60,759 nucleotides of DNA from Octopus bimaculoides. Its lineage: Eukaryota. Position numbers and translations under genes: made by a program. The stretch is taken from contig NC_068983.1 in assembly GCF_001194135.2 (NCBI RefSeq), positions 155,103 to 215,861 of the forward strand. The letters are read 5' to 3'. Below the pieces are notes generated by a model that was given only the letters and a program-made list of their open reading frames with translations, did no database searches and had not been told where the DNA came from. Below are positions 1 to 13,090 of the stretch, piece by piece. Numbering within the stretch: the first letter of the stretch is position 1; the number at the start of each line of letters is the position of its first letter.

Positions 1-355
1 CACCTCTTATGTGTCCATAGCTTGCACCGGGTACATCTTATAGAGTTACTACCTACTCCTTTTCTACATACTGAGCAGGGCCATCTACCTGAAGGGGTTT
101 GTGTTTTATCTACCTTCCTACTTATTAGGATTTTGGTTTTAGCTAGGTTGACTCTAAGGCCCTTCAGTTCTAGACCTTGCTTTCACACCTGAAACTTCTC
201 CTCTAGTTCTGATAGTGACTCCGCAATTAGGGCAAGGTCATCAGCATAGAGGAGCTCCCAGGGGCAACCTGTCTTGAACTCCTCTGTGATTGCCTGGAGG
301 ACTATGATAAATAAGAGGGGGCTGAGGACGGAACCTTGGTGGACCCCTACCTGTA
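1..355 (-). mobile_element. RTE-clade LINE reverse transcriptase fragment
   Basis: Minus strand reads VGVHQGSVLSPLLFIIVLQAITEEFKTGCPWELLYADDLAL...GRWPCSVC...CKLWTHKR (RT motifs B and C, one stop). Confidence 0.9.
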
Positions 356-474
356 AAACTATAATCCAGTCAGTAAATGTATCAACTGTTCAATAATAAT
401 TTCATGTAACATCACACTGTGAATCATCATCAAATTTGATAAAAAGACAAGAATGATAAATATTTTTGACCAAC

Positions 475-699
475 CTTTAACATACTAAATTCATAGAATT
501 GGTAACCTTTGAAACTCTCTGATACTGCAGTCATTGTACGAGAAGTTTTCTCCCAAAAATGTAGCAATGTCGACTGGTAATTAGCAAGTACATGAGAGAA
601 CATATTGCACCGACTAGCTGCAAGCAAATCAATTTTCTGCATTACATCTAATTTCAGTTTATCAAACCGTGCTTTAGTTTTTCTAACTTGAGCTTGAAC
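475..699 (-). CDS. ICA1: ICA1 coding exon (BAR/arfaptin-homology domain C-terminal part); gene continues beyond the left edge
   Basis: Acceptor cttgttttcag, donor AAG|gttggt, 225 nt, phase 0-0. Translates VQAQVRKTKARFDKLKLDVMQKIDLLAASRCNMFSHVLANYQSTLLHFWEKTSRTMTAVSESFKGYQFYEFSMLK, closely matching ICA69 (VDLLGASRCNLLSH...TLLHFWEKTSHTM). Confidence 0.96.
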
Positions 700-2959
700 C
701 TGAAAACAAGGAGGAAAAAAAACAGCATAATTTCCATTAGAAATATATCATTTCTTCATCTATTTTTAGGTGCATTTTTCCATGTGAGCATGGATTGGCT
801 GGGAATTGATTTTGAGGCAGTAGATTATGGAGGGATGCTCTTCCTGTCACCAATCCTGCTCACCTGCTTTTCAAGGGATTCACATACTCCTCAGTTCTTT
901 GACAGTGTAGAATGACCAGTCACAACATGAACAATCAATGCCAAACAAAATACAGATAGAAAGAGATTCACCAACTTTATGCAGCATTGCATTAGCTTTG
1001 AGTCTTGTTATGGTTCAATGAATTTCTATGGATTAATTTCACCAGATTTCTTCACTATTTTTAGGGTGACTATTATTATGTAAATATTCACAAACAGGAC
1101 ACCCTTCCTTTCTAGAATATCTCCTCCTCCTCACCTCAACATTAAAACTGTTTGATTTCATCTTTTCATTCTGTTCTGCCATTATTGTAAATACAGACAA
1201 CAGTTGCTGTTTGCTTGTTTAACAAGTAAAACCTTAAACTAGACAAGAGTGTGTATGAACATTCCCTTAATAAACATTAAGAGGACATAAGGCATTAATA
1301 TATTGTAATTAAAAATCTATTTAAAGTTAAATGGGTTTAATTAATAACCCAAGAGATTCTTTTACTGGTTTCATCCAGTGGACTGTTGTGGCCTTTCAAG
1401 GTTCTTTGCTTCTGAAGATTTTAACTGACCAAGTCTACCCTGGCACTTGTTTTACTTAGCAATCTATTGCTACTGATATTGACCAAATTCCACAGAGAAT
1501 ATATTGGTCAAAGTGACAGCAGAACACATCTGTCCAAGGTGCCACATGGTTCAAGTGTCTTCTACTACAGCTTCAATTTATTACATTTGCCACATGAAAG
1601 TTTATTCATATTGCATGAGAAATCTGGATTCCGTAGACTCAAAGGGGCTTTTTTTTTCTAGATTGTTCTCAACGAAGAAGTAAACATTGACATCGAAAAT
1701 AAACAGATTAACAACAATGAAATATTGTCATCTTTTCACAATCTCCATCATCTACTATAATAATACTCTTGTGTTTTTCTCTGTCACAACATATGAATTA
1801 GAAAGGAAGGGGTGATAGATGAATAAGGAAGGTAGGGGTAATGACAAACTGGTAGTGGGATGATGGAAATTCTACAGTGTAAAAAAAAAAAATCAGTGTT
1901 TCAACTCTGTGAGTATATGTGTGTGTATGTAAAAGGGAGATATGTGAATGTTTGTGTGTGTGTGTGTGTGCAATGGAAGTGGGATGGTGAACATTCAATG
2001 CTGAAAAGAAAAATCAAACAGAGTTTCAACTTNNNNNNNNNNNNNNNNNNNNNNNNNNNNNNNNNNNNNNNNNNNNNNNNNNNNNNNNNNNNNTTGTGTG
2101 TGTGTGTGTGTGCAATGGAAGTGGGATGGTGAACATTCAATGCTGAAAAGAAAAATCAAACAGAGTTTCAACTTTGAGTGTGTGTGTGTGTACAAGGGAA
2201 GCATGTGAATGTTTGTGTGTATGAAGCAACGTTCGTTCAGCAACAAATGATGTTCTGAGGTCACATCTCAAAAGATAACCACTGGACAAGTGTGGATTAA
2301 CTTGATTTACCATCCATCTTCTATGTGTTTTGCCAAAAATAATTATTACAATCACAAACACCTACATAAACATATACAACCTCATTAGAGAAAATAATTA
2401 TTGCCTGAGTGTATCAAGACTATAAAACGACTGCATTTGAAAGGTATATTATAAAAAATACACATTTAACTGTTCATACATGTGCCTCATTTACTTGTAT
2501 TAAGAGATTTATTAAATACATTTTGAATAGGGCATTTTTACATCAACTATAAGTTACGGACTGCTTTTTGTGGCTTCAAGTCGTATGAGTTTAGGTTGGT
2601 TTCAGTAATGGAGAGCACAACTGAGAGGAAACGTTGCTTTGAGAAAGTTGGTATTTACTTGCTAGCTCCCGTACTTAGCCACAGACATCTTTATGTGGCC
2701 ATAAATCATGCAAGAAGGAAAACTTAAGAATTCTTTTGAAAGAAACAAGCAGTCAAGCAATGTTAGTTGTGGATAAATTTTTCACAAAAAATTTGGTAAT
2801 AAAAGAATTATTAAACCAAAATCTTGGTTTTGTACAAAGTTTCGATTGGGAGCAAGTTTTGAAGGCCGATCTCAAAACACTGAACCTTATGAAGAAGATG
2901 AGAGAGGAGTAAGATACGTGGGGCATTGCTGTACTGGAGAAGACCCACCCACCACAACA

Positions 2960-3192
2960 GGATTGAGATCCTATAACCAAGGTACCACGTAAAAAGCAGT
3001 GGTAGTGGTACCACTTGAAAAGCACATGTGATGGAGTCACATAAAAAGCAGCCAGTACACTCTGTGGAAGGGCACCCAACCATAGAGACCAAACTAAAAC
3101 AGACTATGGAACCTGGTGTGGCCCCCTGGCTTTACCAGTTTCATGTCAAGCCATGCGAGTAGGGAAAATCGTTGCATGATGAGGATGATGAT
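2960..3192 (+). mobile_element. RTE/SINE shared 3' end with (GAT)n tail
   Basis: Family modules cacgtaaaaagca...ccatgc...ggaaa...gatgatgatg. Confidence 0.7.
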
Positions 3193-3567
3193 GTTACACA
3201 CACACACACACTTACCTAAAACCAAAAGTGAAAATATTTCTATCAATATATTAAGAACAATGTTGTTAATTAATCATTGTATTTCTAACATCAACAAGGT
3301 AGTATGTTTAGAATGCACTGGACTTGGCTCAAGAAACTGTTTTTTTTTTTTTTTTACTATCATACATATATACACCCACACAGGCTTCTGTATAGTTTCT
3401 ACCAGCCAATGGATTAGTCAACTGATGGCTCTCAAAGAAAACACTTGCTCAACACGACATGTAGTGTCTGGACTTGACCACATGGACAGGCAATAAAATT
3501 CCCAGCAACACTCCTGCCAGTGACCCCTTAACTATGCAACAACAGCAGACGGTCTTGTGGTCAATTA

Positions 3568-3822
<255 letters not shown>

Positions 3823-4139
3823 TTAGGAAAGTTCAAGAATCGTTATAGGCATAAAAAATAACGGTAAACATTTAGTGTTTATAATAAAGATATTGAAACT
3901 ATGAACATCTTTAGAGATTTAAGATATTTTTTGTATTTATATCCACAAAATGTCCAGGGAATTGCTTACAAAAAAGTTTTTCTCTCTCAGATTGTATGAA
4001 GTTTGTGTATAAAGTGTGATTATGTAAGGTAACAAAATACAGGTGTTGGATGCAAAGGATTTGATAAAAGCAGAAAGAAATGAAGTGGGGATGTCTTGCT
4101 GGCTCTAGAATATTTTTGTACTTGAATGTACTTCTGCTG

Positions 4140-4330
4140 ATGCCCAGTAAAAAGCACTTGTGCCAGTGCCACGTAAAAAGCACCCCAGTCCACACTGTAA
4201 AGTGGTTGGCATTAGGAAACCATGCCAAAACAGACAAATGGAGCCTGGGCAGTCCTCTGGCTGGCCAGCTTCTGTCAAACCATCCAAATCATACCAGCAT
4301 GGAAAACAAATGAACAATGGTGATGAATGA
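4140..4330 (+). mobile_element. RTE/SINE shared 3' end
   Basis: gccacgtaaaaagcacc...gtggttggcattaggaa...ccagcatggaaaa...gatga modules. Confidence 0.8.
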
Positions 4331-4369
4331 CAAAGTACAAATGAGGTGAAAAGAAAACTGATTCTAAGA

Positions 4370-5660
4370 GGAATCAGATGTAATGTACACGAGATCAGAT
4401 GGAGCTGTGGTAATTGTGTGTGATATATATGGAAGGAGTCTTGAGAAGAGGCAAAGCCTGGTAGCTTCAAAGGGGACAAAGGTCTGTGATGACTGGCATC
4501 ATATGGTACTACAGAAAAACTTGCTCATGGATGGTGAAATTTTTGAAGTCTGGTAACAAGGCAGCCAGGACACATATCTATATTTGGGTCTCTTTGCCAA
4601 TTGAGTTCCTGTTAAAGGCCCACCACTATGACACTAACCTGCCTAGGTGACCAGGTCAGTGGGGGGGGGGGGAATGCTCCGAGAGTGTAGCTGCTAGAAT
4701 ACAAATAGGCTGGGCAAAGTTCAGAGAGCTCCTCCCTCTGCTGGTAACAAAGGGCCTCCCACACAGAGTGGAAGGCAGACTGTATGATGCCTGTGTGTGA
4801 ACAGCCATGCTACATGGCAGCGGCCGCCAGGGACATGCGTAGGCTTGTAAGAAATGAAGCTAGTGTGCTTCGCTGGATGTGCAATATCAGTGTGCATGCA
4901 CGACAGAGTGTAAGCGCCCTGAGAGAAAAGTTGGGCATAAGAAGCATCAGATGTGATGTGCAAGAGAGACAACTGCACTGGTATGGTCATGTGATGCATA
5001 TGGATGAGGACAGCTGTGTGAAGAAGTATCGCAATCTAATGGTGGAGGGAACTTGTGGAAGAGGCAGACCCAGGAAGACATGGGACGAGGTGGTGAAGTG
5101 CGATCTCTGAATGTTGGGCTTCACGGAAACAATGACAAGTGACTGAGACCTTTGGCAATATGTCATGCTTAAGAAGACTCATCAAGCCAAGTGAGATCAT
5201 AGTCGTAGCCAATGCCAGTGTCACGTAACTGGCCCATTAAAAGCACACTTTAAACGTTTGGCAACAAGCTGTGCTTGTGAAGAGTTATCGAGCCAAGTGG
5301 CCGATGCCAGTACCATATCTGACTGGCACCCATGCCGGTGGCACATAAAAAGCACTAATCGAGCATTGGGTCTTATGGGGGCAGTGACAAGTGACCGAGA
5401 CCTTTGGCGATAATACTGTGCTGTGTAGACCTGTCAAGCCAAGTGAGACCATACTCGTGGCCGACGTCAGTGTCAGGTCAATGGCACATAAAAAGTGCCA
5501 ATTACATTCTCAGAGTGGTTGGCGTTAGGAAGGGCATCCAGCCATAGACACCTTGCCAAATCAGATCAGAAATTGGTTCAGCTCCCTGGCATATCAGATT
5601 TCAGTCAAAATCGTCCAACCCATGCCAGCATGGAAAACGGACATTAAATGATGATGATGT
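4370..5660 (+). mobile_element. 5'-truncated RTE LINE (RT C-terminus plus modular 3' UTR plus tail)
   Basis: ORF 4784-5110 (LRWMCN...LHWYGHVM...GRGRPRKTWDEVV) followed by the 3' UTR and ccatgccagcatgg...gatgatgatg tail. Confidence 0.9.
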
Positions 5661-6524
5661 AATAAGAGACAGCAGTCAATCTATCCATATTCAATTGTCC
5701 TCTGCCTCCATCCTTGAAAATTTAACTACCATCACTGCTTCTCTCCCATTATTCCCAGCCATCACTTTCTCTCCTCCATTACTCCCCCCATCTACCATAC
5801 TTTAACCGAATCACTACTTTCCCCACCCTATCTCATCATTGCACTCCCTTCTATTTACTTTTTTGCTCATCTTGCTCTGAACAAACTAACATATACAATA
5901 CTGAGAAATCTTTAGTGAGGCTGAGGACAAGGTAACTTCTCTAGTGTTGGAACCATGATAAAATGTTCCCAAAGACACATTGTAAGGTGGTCAGTCAGTT
6001 AATTAGTAGACTATCCAGCCTTTAAAATCGGAACATTCAGGTGAAGGCAGTACCTCTAGAGAAGAACTGACTTGGTCAGGGAGGATCAATTCAATCTATG
6101 CTAGCATGGAAAATGACTATGATAATGATGATGAGGATGCTACTGTTGCTGCTGCTGTTGATGATGATGATGGCAATGCTGCTGATGATAACACAACATT
6201 GCAATCAAAGATCAATTAGAACAAAATGTAAAGACTCAAAAATTTTTCACCTGTAAAGATGAGGTCAAATAATTCAAAATATAATTTTATTAAACAATAA
6301 TGGATCTGAGATATTGGAATATTTAATGAGTTACCTATATTAAACACATCAATCTTGTTTCAACTGGCATTTCTCAAGAGACATAATGATTAAAACATAA
6401 ATTTACTTTATGGAGTTCTTTTTTTCCCCATGGAGTTGTGGAGTTCTATGGAACAATGTCATTCTAATGAATTATGTCACAAATGAAGCTTGTTATTTTA
6501 TCAGGAATAGTTAAAGACATTAAC

Positions 6525-6648
6525 CTTTGTTGGGCAGCAAAACTTTGAGATTTACCAACAGCTGCCATCATCTTGCCAGCTCTTGTCTTGTCAACAGAAC
6601 TCTGTGATTTAAGGAAACGGCCAGCAGCATTTTCCTCCTGAGATAATG
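6525..6648 (-). CDS. ICA1: ICA1 coding exon
   Basis: Acceptor ttctctttacag, donor AAG|gttaat, 124 nt, phase 1-2. Translates (A)LSQEENAAGRFLKSQSSVDKTRAGKMMAAVGKSQSFAAQQ(R), matching ICA69 LSQEENELGKFL...DKTRAGKMM. Not in the ORF track. Confidence 0.96.
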
Positions 6649-6960
6649 CTGTAAAGAGAAAGAAAGACCAGAAAGAACAGATAAAACTTCCATTGTATCT
6701 ACAAAAACACTGAAACCAATCAAAAGATCACATGTGAATTCTTCCTGAAGAGTTGTTTATTGTGATTAAGATACATTTAATAAATATTCTCATCATTCAT
6801 AAGCAGGGAAAGCATATAAGGTCCCTCTCGTCATCTTATCAAGGACTACTCAACCTCTTCAGTGTTGATGCAATGAGAAAAATGGACTCAATACCCTCTG
6901 TGAAGTGGCTGGTGTTAGGTAGGAGATCTAGCCATAAAAATCCAAGCTAAATGACATATA

Positions 6961-8197
6961 TTGGGTCGGGATAAACTACCAGCATCAACTTGCTATAAAA
7001 ACTTGTCCTTGTTCTTAGTGCAACTTTTGAAGAGTGCAGTTCAATTTTAACAGTTATTTTTTCAAAGCTGTAATGAAAGTGACAAAGGAGCATATTCAGC
7101 ATATTTTGCTTTATGAGTTCGATAAGAGCAACGATGCAACAGGGAGTGCGAGGAATATTAATGCAGTATATGGGGATTGGACAATATGCATAAGCCAGTC
7201 TCAATGGTGGTTCCAAGAATTCTGAGCTGGAAACTACAAACTAGAAGACAAGCCTCATCCTAGAAGATTTGTAGAGCTTGATGAGGATGTCCTGCAAACC
7301 CTGCTGGAACAAAATCCCATCATAATTGTTGAGGAACTAGTAGAGAAGTTTGGATTTGGTCATTCAACCATTCATTGACGCCTGTGTGCTATCGGAAAAG
7401 TCAACAAATTGGGTCAATGGGTTCCTCACAAACTTTCCGAGTCTAATCGCACACAGAGAGTAAATGTGTGCTCTTCTTTGCTGTCACATCTCAGGAATGA
7501 ACCTTTTTTTGGACCCATTTTTCATCACCAATCACTATTTGGTCCAATAGTGACTGGTAATGAGGAATGGGTTCTCTATAAAAATGTCAAGCACTGAAGA
7601 TAGTGGGTAGGGAAAGGAGAAACACTGGTACCCCAGGCTAAAGAAGGTCTTCACCCACATAAGGTGCTGTTATTTGTTTGATGGGCTATGAAAGGTTGAG
7701 TCCACTTTGAAGTTTCAAAACAAAACCAAATGATAACAAAGGAGATCTACTTTGAGCAGCTGAAGTCAGCGCCAGAAGAAAAACGACCATCTTTGGCTTC
7801 AAGACGAAAGGTGTTCTTCCATCAGGGTAATGCTTGGCCACATATAGCAGGGATGACATACCAAAGGCTGGAGCAGTCTGAATGGGAAATGATGCCCCAC
7901 CCACCATATTCGCCGGACATTGCCCCATCTGATTATCCTTTATTCTACAGTCTTCAAAATCATTTGGATGGAAAAAATATGAACTCTGTAGACGAGGTCA
8001 GAACAGTACTGGAGGAGCATTGTTTGTCATGGATAAGTGAATTTTGGAAGTGGGGCCTTGCAAGTCTACCAGATCGATGGGAAAGCATTGTAGAAAATGA
8101 AGGAGAGTATATGTTAGATTAAAAAAGAACTTTGTTTATCTTAATTTTGAAAAATAAAAGAAGTATAAAAAAACTGCATTATTTATGGGATGACCTA

Positions 8198-8198
<1 letters not shown>
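6961..8198 (+). mobile_element. Decayed mariner DNA transposon (D,D34D transposase pseudogene 7073-8122)
   Basis: MKVTKEHIQHILLYEF HTH start, WVPHKL motif, HPPYSPDIAPSDYPLF motif and LPDRWESIVENEGEY end, with several stops and altered catalytic residues. TA on both flanks; the left TIR matches the right one only partly. Confidence 0.92.
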
Positions 8199-8247
<49 letters not shown>

Positions 8248-8248
8248 G

Positions 8249-8320
<72 letters not shown>

Positions 8321-8382
8321 TATATAGACACACGCACACATATATATATATATACACACACATACATATACATCATCATTGT

Positions 8383-8810
8383 TTAATGTCAGTTTTCCAT
8401 GCTGGCATGGGTTGGACGGTTCGACTGGGGTCTGGGAAGCCAAGAGGCTGCACCAGGCTCCAGTCTGATCTGGCAATGTTTCTACAGCTGGATGCCCTTC
8501 CTAATGCCAACCACTCCAGTGGGTGCTTTTTTACGTGTCACCGGCACAGGGGCTGGGCTTTGACCACGATCAAGTGGTGCTTTTTACGTGCCACCAGCAC
8601 GGAAGCCAGTCAAGGCGGTGCTGGCATAGGCCACATTTGGGTAGTGCTTTTTATGTGCCACTGGCACGGGAATCACAAGTACAATTTCTATTTGATTGTG
8701 ATTTGATTTGATTTTGATTTACTTGTCTCAATAAGTCTCCTCAAGCACAGCATGTCGCCCTACGATCCAAGGAACTTTTGAGTGGGCTGGTTATGCGACA
8801 CTGGTGTGGG
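8383..8810 (-). mobile_element. RTE 3' UTR fragment, tail abutting TA/CA microsatellite
   Basis: catcatcattgtttaatgtc...ttccatgctggcatgg followed by repeated ttttacgtgccacc modules. Confidence 0.85.
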
Positions 8811-8859
8811 TTACAGCTGCATATCTATCTATATATATATATATATATAAACATACATA

Positions 8860-10306
8860 TAGCCTCCTCTTATTCATCATAGTCCTCCAGACATTAACAG
8901 AGGAATTCAAGACAGGATACCCCTGGGAGCTCCTCTATGCTGATGACATTGTTCTAATTTCTGAGTCACTATCAGAACTAGAGGAAAAGTTTCATGTGTG
9001 GAAGCAAGGATTAGAATTGAAAGGCCTTAGAGTCAACCTAGCAAAAACCAAAGTCCTAATAAGTAGGAAGGTAGACAAACCACAAATCCCTTCGGGTAGG
9101 TGGCCCTGCTTGATTTGTATAGAAGGCGTAGGTAGAAACTCCATAAGATGTACCCAGTGTAAGCTATGGACACATAAGAGGTGCAGCAATATCAAAGGAA
9201 GGCTAACTGGGAAGATAGTTTTTGTATGTGACAAATGTTGAGGTGCTATAAACACAGAAAATGTGCAGAGAATAGCTTCTGTCACATTCCAGGGAGGAAA
9301 ACTAGACGTAGTTGATAGCTTCCATTACCTAGGGGACTAAGTCAGTAGCAGGGGTGGATGCTCTGAAAGTGTAGCAGCTAGAATAAGAATAGCCTGGGCA
9401 AAGTTCAGAGAGCTCCTACCTCTGCTGGTGACATAAGGCCTCTTGATCAGAGTAAAAGGGAGACTGTATGACGCATGTGTACGAACAGCCATGCTACATG
9501 GCAGTGAAACATGGGCTGTGACTGCTGAGGACATGCGTAAGCTTGCATGGAATGAAGCCAGTATGCTCTGATGGATGTGTAATGTCAGTGTGCATACACG
9601 ACAGAGTGTAAGTGCCCTGAGAGAAAAGTTGGATTTAAGAAGCATCAAGTGTGGTGTGCAAGAGAGACAACTGCACTGGTATGGTCATGTGATGCAAATG
9701 AATGAGGACAGCTGTGTAAAAAAGTGTCACACCTGAGCAGCTGAAGAATCCTGTGGAAGAGGTAGACCCAGGAAAACCTCGGATGAGGTGGTGAAGCATG
9801 ACCTTTGAATATTGGGCCTTACTGAGGCAATGACGAGTGACCGGGACCTTTGAGAAGACCCGAGAAGCCAAGTGAGACCTTAGCCAGTGGCCTATGCCAG
9901 AGGGTGTAACTAGCCCATCTATGAATACCCCTCATTCATTGGAAAATAAACCTTGCTTGTGAAGACCTGTTGAAATCAAAATCAAAATTGCTGACGTAGC
10001 CAATGACAGTACTGGCTGATTGGCACTCGTGCCAATGGAACATTAAAAGCACATCCGAGCGTGACCGTTGCCAGGGCCACGGATTGGCTCCCGTGCCAGT
10101 GGCACATGAAAAACAACATTCGAGCATGGTCGTTGTTAATGCCGCTGGACTGGCTCCTGTGCTGGTGGCATGTAAAATGCACCCACTACACTCTCAGAGT
10201 GGTTGGTGTTAAGAAGGGCATCCAGCTATAGAAACTGTGCCAGATCAGATTGGAGCCTGGTGCCAGCAAGGAAAGTGGATGTTAAACGATGATGACGATG
10301 ATGATG

Positions 10307-10308
<2 letters not shown>
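8860..10308 (+). mobile_element. RTE LINE, RT domain to 3' tail, decayed
   Basis: LLFIIVLQTLTEEFKTGYPWELLYADD, a C4HC3 finger, AWAKFRELLPLL...MLHGSETWA, then 3' UTR and (GAT)n tail; contains stops. Confidence 0.93.
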
Positions 10309-10354
<46 letters not shown>

Positions 10355-10508
10355 CATCATCGTCGTTTAACGTCCGCTTTCCATGCTAGCATGAGTTGGA
10401 CAATCTGACTGAGGATTGGTGGACCAGGAGGCGACACCAGGCTCCAATTTGATTTGGCAGAGTTTCTACAGCTGGATGCCCTTCCTATATATATAAATAT
10501 ACTCACAT

Positions 10509-10540
<32 letters not shown>

Positions 10541-11189
10541 GCACATTGCCTCTCCTACGCTTCACTCTCCTTCATTTGCTACACTCACCTCTATCCCACC
10601 TGTTCACTCAGTCCAAACCTTTGTCTCACCTCATCCTCTCACCATCACCAATGCTTCTTGAGCGCATTCCCCCCAACTAGGGAATCAATGTATCTTACTC
10701 TACAGCAAGACCCCTAACCCTGTCCCTCTATTCCTTTAATTCATCTCATCAACTGGCACAAAGCCACACTCCTCCCCTTCCCAGCTGAGGGGCTTTTGTC
10801 TTGCAAGGTACTTGCAGACCCCGTCTGTGTTGGTACCACATAAAAAGCATCCAGTACACCCTGTAAATGAGAGGCATCGGGAAGAGCATCCGATTGCTGA
10901 AACCAAGCAGAAACAGATAATGGAGCCCCATCCCAGCCCTACCAGCTCCAGTCAAACAATCCAACCCATGCCATTAAATGATGATGATGATGATGATACA
11001 CACACAGACACGTATTAAATTATTTCACAACCAGTATTGGTTTGTTTATATTTTTGTAACTTAGCAGTTTGGCAAAAGACACTGAGAGATATAAGTACTA
11101 GACTTAAAAAGAAAAAAAGGAATGGGGTTGATTTGCTTGACTAAACTTTTCAAGGCAGTGCTGCAACAATAATAATAATCATTATCATC

Positions 11190-11840
11190 ACCCAGAGTAT
11201 CAAATTGCTGGACCAGGTCATGAAAGTGAGAGAGAGAGAGAGGGAGGGGGGGGGGAGAGATTTATAACTCAGTTAATTAGGAAGAGAATTAGACTAGATG
11301 AGATGTAGTTTGATTTTGTGCCAAGAAGAAGTACTGTTGACGTAAGACAAGTGCAGGAGATATATTTAAATAAGAGTAAAGCATTGTACTAGGCATTCAG
11401 TGAGCCAGAGAATTTCCTGCTCTGTGGATCTGGTAGTCTCTGAAGGGGCTGGAGATAGAGGATGGCTTGTGAAAGCTATACAAACCATGTACAGAGGTGC
11501 AGTCAGTAGGTGTAAGTTAGTCATGAGTACAGGGAAGAATGTAGAGTACAGGGAGGAGTTCACCAGGGGCCGGTTCTCATTCCCCTCCTATTCATCATTA
11601 TCCCTGGAAACTATTATATGCTGATGAACTCATTCTCATAGCAGAATCTGTTATAAAATTGAAAAAGAAATTCCAGGTATGGAAGTAAAACCTAGAATCA
11701 AAGTGTTTCAAAGTTAACTCAACTAAGACCAAAGTTCTAGTAAGCAAGAAAATAGACAGGACTCTACTCCCTTCAGAAAAATAGCCCCCAGCTTGATATG
11801 TAGGAAAGGTGTAAGAAGGGATTCATAAGATCTACCCTGT
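11190..11840 (+). mobile_element. Heavily decayed RTE RT fragment
   Basis: Recognisable LLDQVMKV, WLVKAIQTMYRGAVS, HQG-like and YADD-like pieces. Confidence 0.7.
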
Positions 11841-12029
11841 GCAAGCTATGAATGCACTGGTACTCTTCTCAAACTGCACTTCCATTTTGTTCATCACTCC
11901 CTCCATTCATCTCTATTCCCATTTCTGACCATCTGCTATTCTCCTCTCAGATCATCTTGTCATATCTTGAGATGCTCAGGTACCAAATCACTGCCATCTG
12001 CTACTCCCACCCACCTCTTTATCCTTCTA

Positions 12030-12530
12030 CTGTACTTTTTTGTCTTGCAAGTTATTTGGTGACCAATGCTATGAAAAAGCATTCAGTACACACACTGTAA
12101 AGTGGTTAGCCTTAGGAAAGGTAATTCCAGCCATAAAAATCATGCCAAAACGAACACTGGAGCTTGACACAGTTCTATGCGTCACTGGATCCTGTGTTAC
12201 TCCCAAACCCAGCAGGGAATATGATGATGATGATGATGTCGTCATCATTTAGCATCCAACTTCCAAGATGGAATGGTTTGGACAGTTTGACAGAATATGA
12301 TGTGGAGGCCTGTGTTGAACTCCAATGTCTGATTTGGCATGGTTCGTATGACTGGATGCTCTTCCTAATGCCAACCACTTTACAGAATGCACTGGGTGCT
12401 TTTGACATCATCAAGTAACCCACAAGACAAAATGCCCCCACCCCTCGCCTCAAATGAGTGGGGATGCAGTACTGAGTGAAGTTGCTTTATGCCAGTTGTT
12501 AAGAAGCTAAAATGTGATAAAGGAAGAGGA
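12030..12530. mobile_element. Two RTE/SINE 3' ends inserted tail-to-tail (+ 12030-12238, - 12241-12530)
   Basis: gatgatgatgatgtcgtcatcattt junction with family modules on both sides in opposite orientation. Confidence 0.75.
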
Positions 12531-12979
12531 ACACATGGATACTTTGAATTATAAAAGGGTAGATTAGAGTGACTGGAAGGAGAGATGATGATGATGATGA
12601 TGGTGAAAAGTTGTCAGGGTATAGCCTCATGGTGTATAACAAATAGAAGAGAGAATAAGGAGAGAGGTTTCGGAAGAGTACCAGAGGAGTGTGACAGATG
12701 GTTAGAGATGGGTGAACATGGGTGGAGATATGATTGATGGGAAATAGTATAATAATCCCTTCAGCCATTGGCACAAAGCCTGAAACTGTTTGTGATGGTG
12801 GAGGGGGGGTACTTGACTGGTTTCCCCAAAAGGATTTGATCTAAAAACAAAGAATTGGCATAAATTCCACAAAGCATTCTTTCTGGAACTCTAAGCAATT
12901 CTGGCAGTTCACTTCCACAACAACAGCAGCAGCAGCAGGCAGAAGAAAGCTGGCACGGTTATATGAGAGGAAAGAAACC

Positions 12980-12983
<4 letters not shown>

Positions 12984-13045
<62 letters not shown>

Positions 13046-13052
13046 AAGAAAG

Positions 13053-13086
<34 letters not shown>
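12984..13086. repeat. (GA)n-(GT)n compound microsatellite
   Basis: Directly visible. Confidence 0.95.

Positions 13087-13090
<4 letters not shown>

Noticed and set aside
1940-2180. ~80-bp direct duplication either side of the N-gap at 2033-2093
   Set aside because: Identical sequence flanking a gap is most simply unmerged contig overlap (assembly artefact).
8132-8476. ORF-track entries rich in YI/HT/CV/RE/SL runs or X (also 12963, 18150-18872, 28020-28339, 35761-36011, 44834-45189, 56451-57382)
   Set aside because: Translations of microsatellites or N-gaps, not genes.
8520-8680. Regularly spaced short repeats superficially like a CRISPR array (also 46121-46240)
   Set aside because: Eukaryotic context, degenerate units, no unique spacers of constant length and no cas genes.
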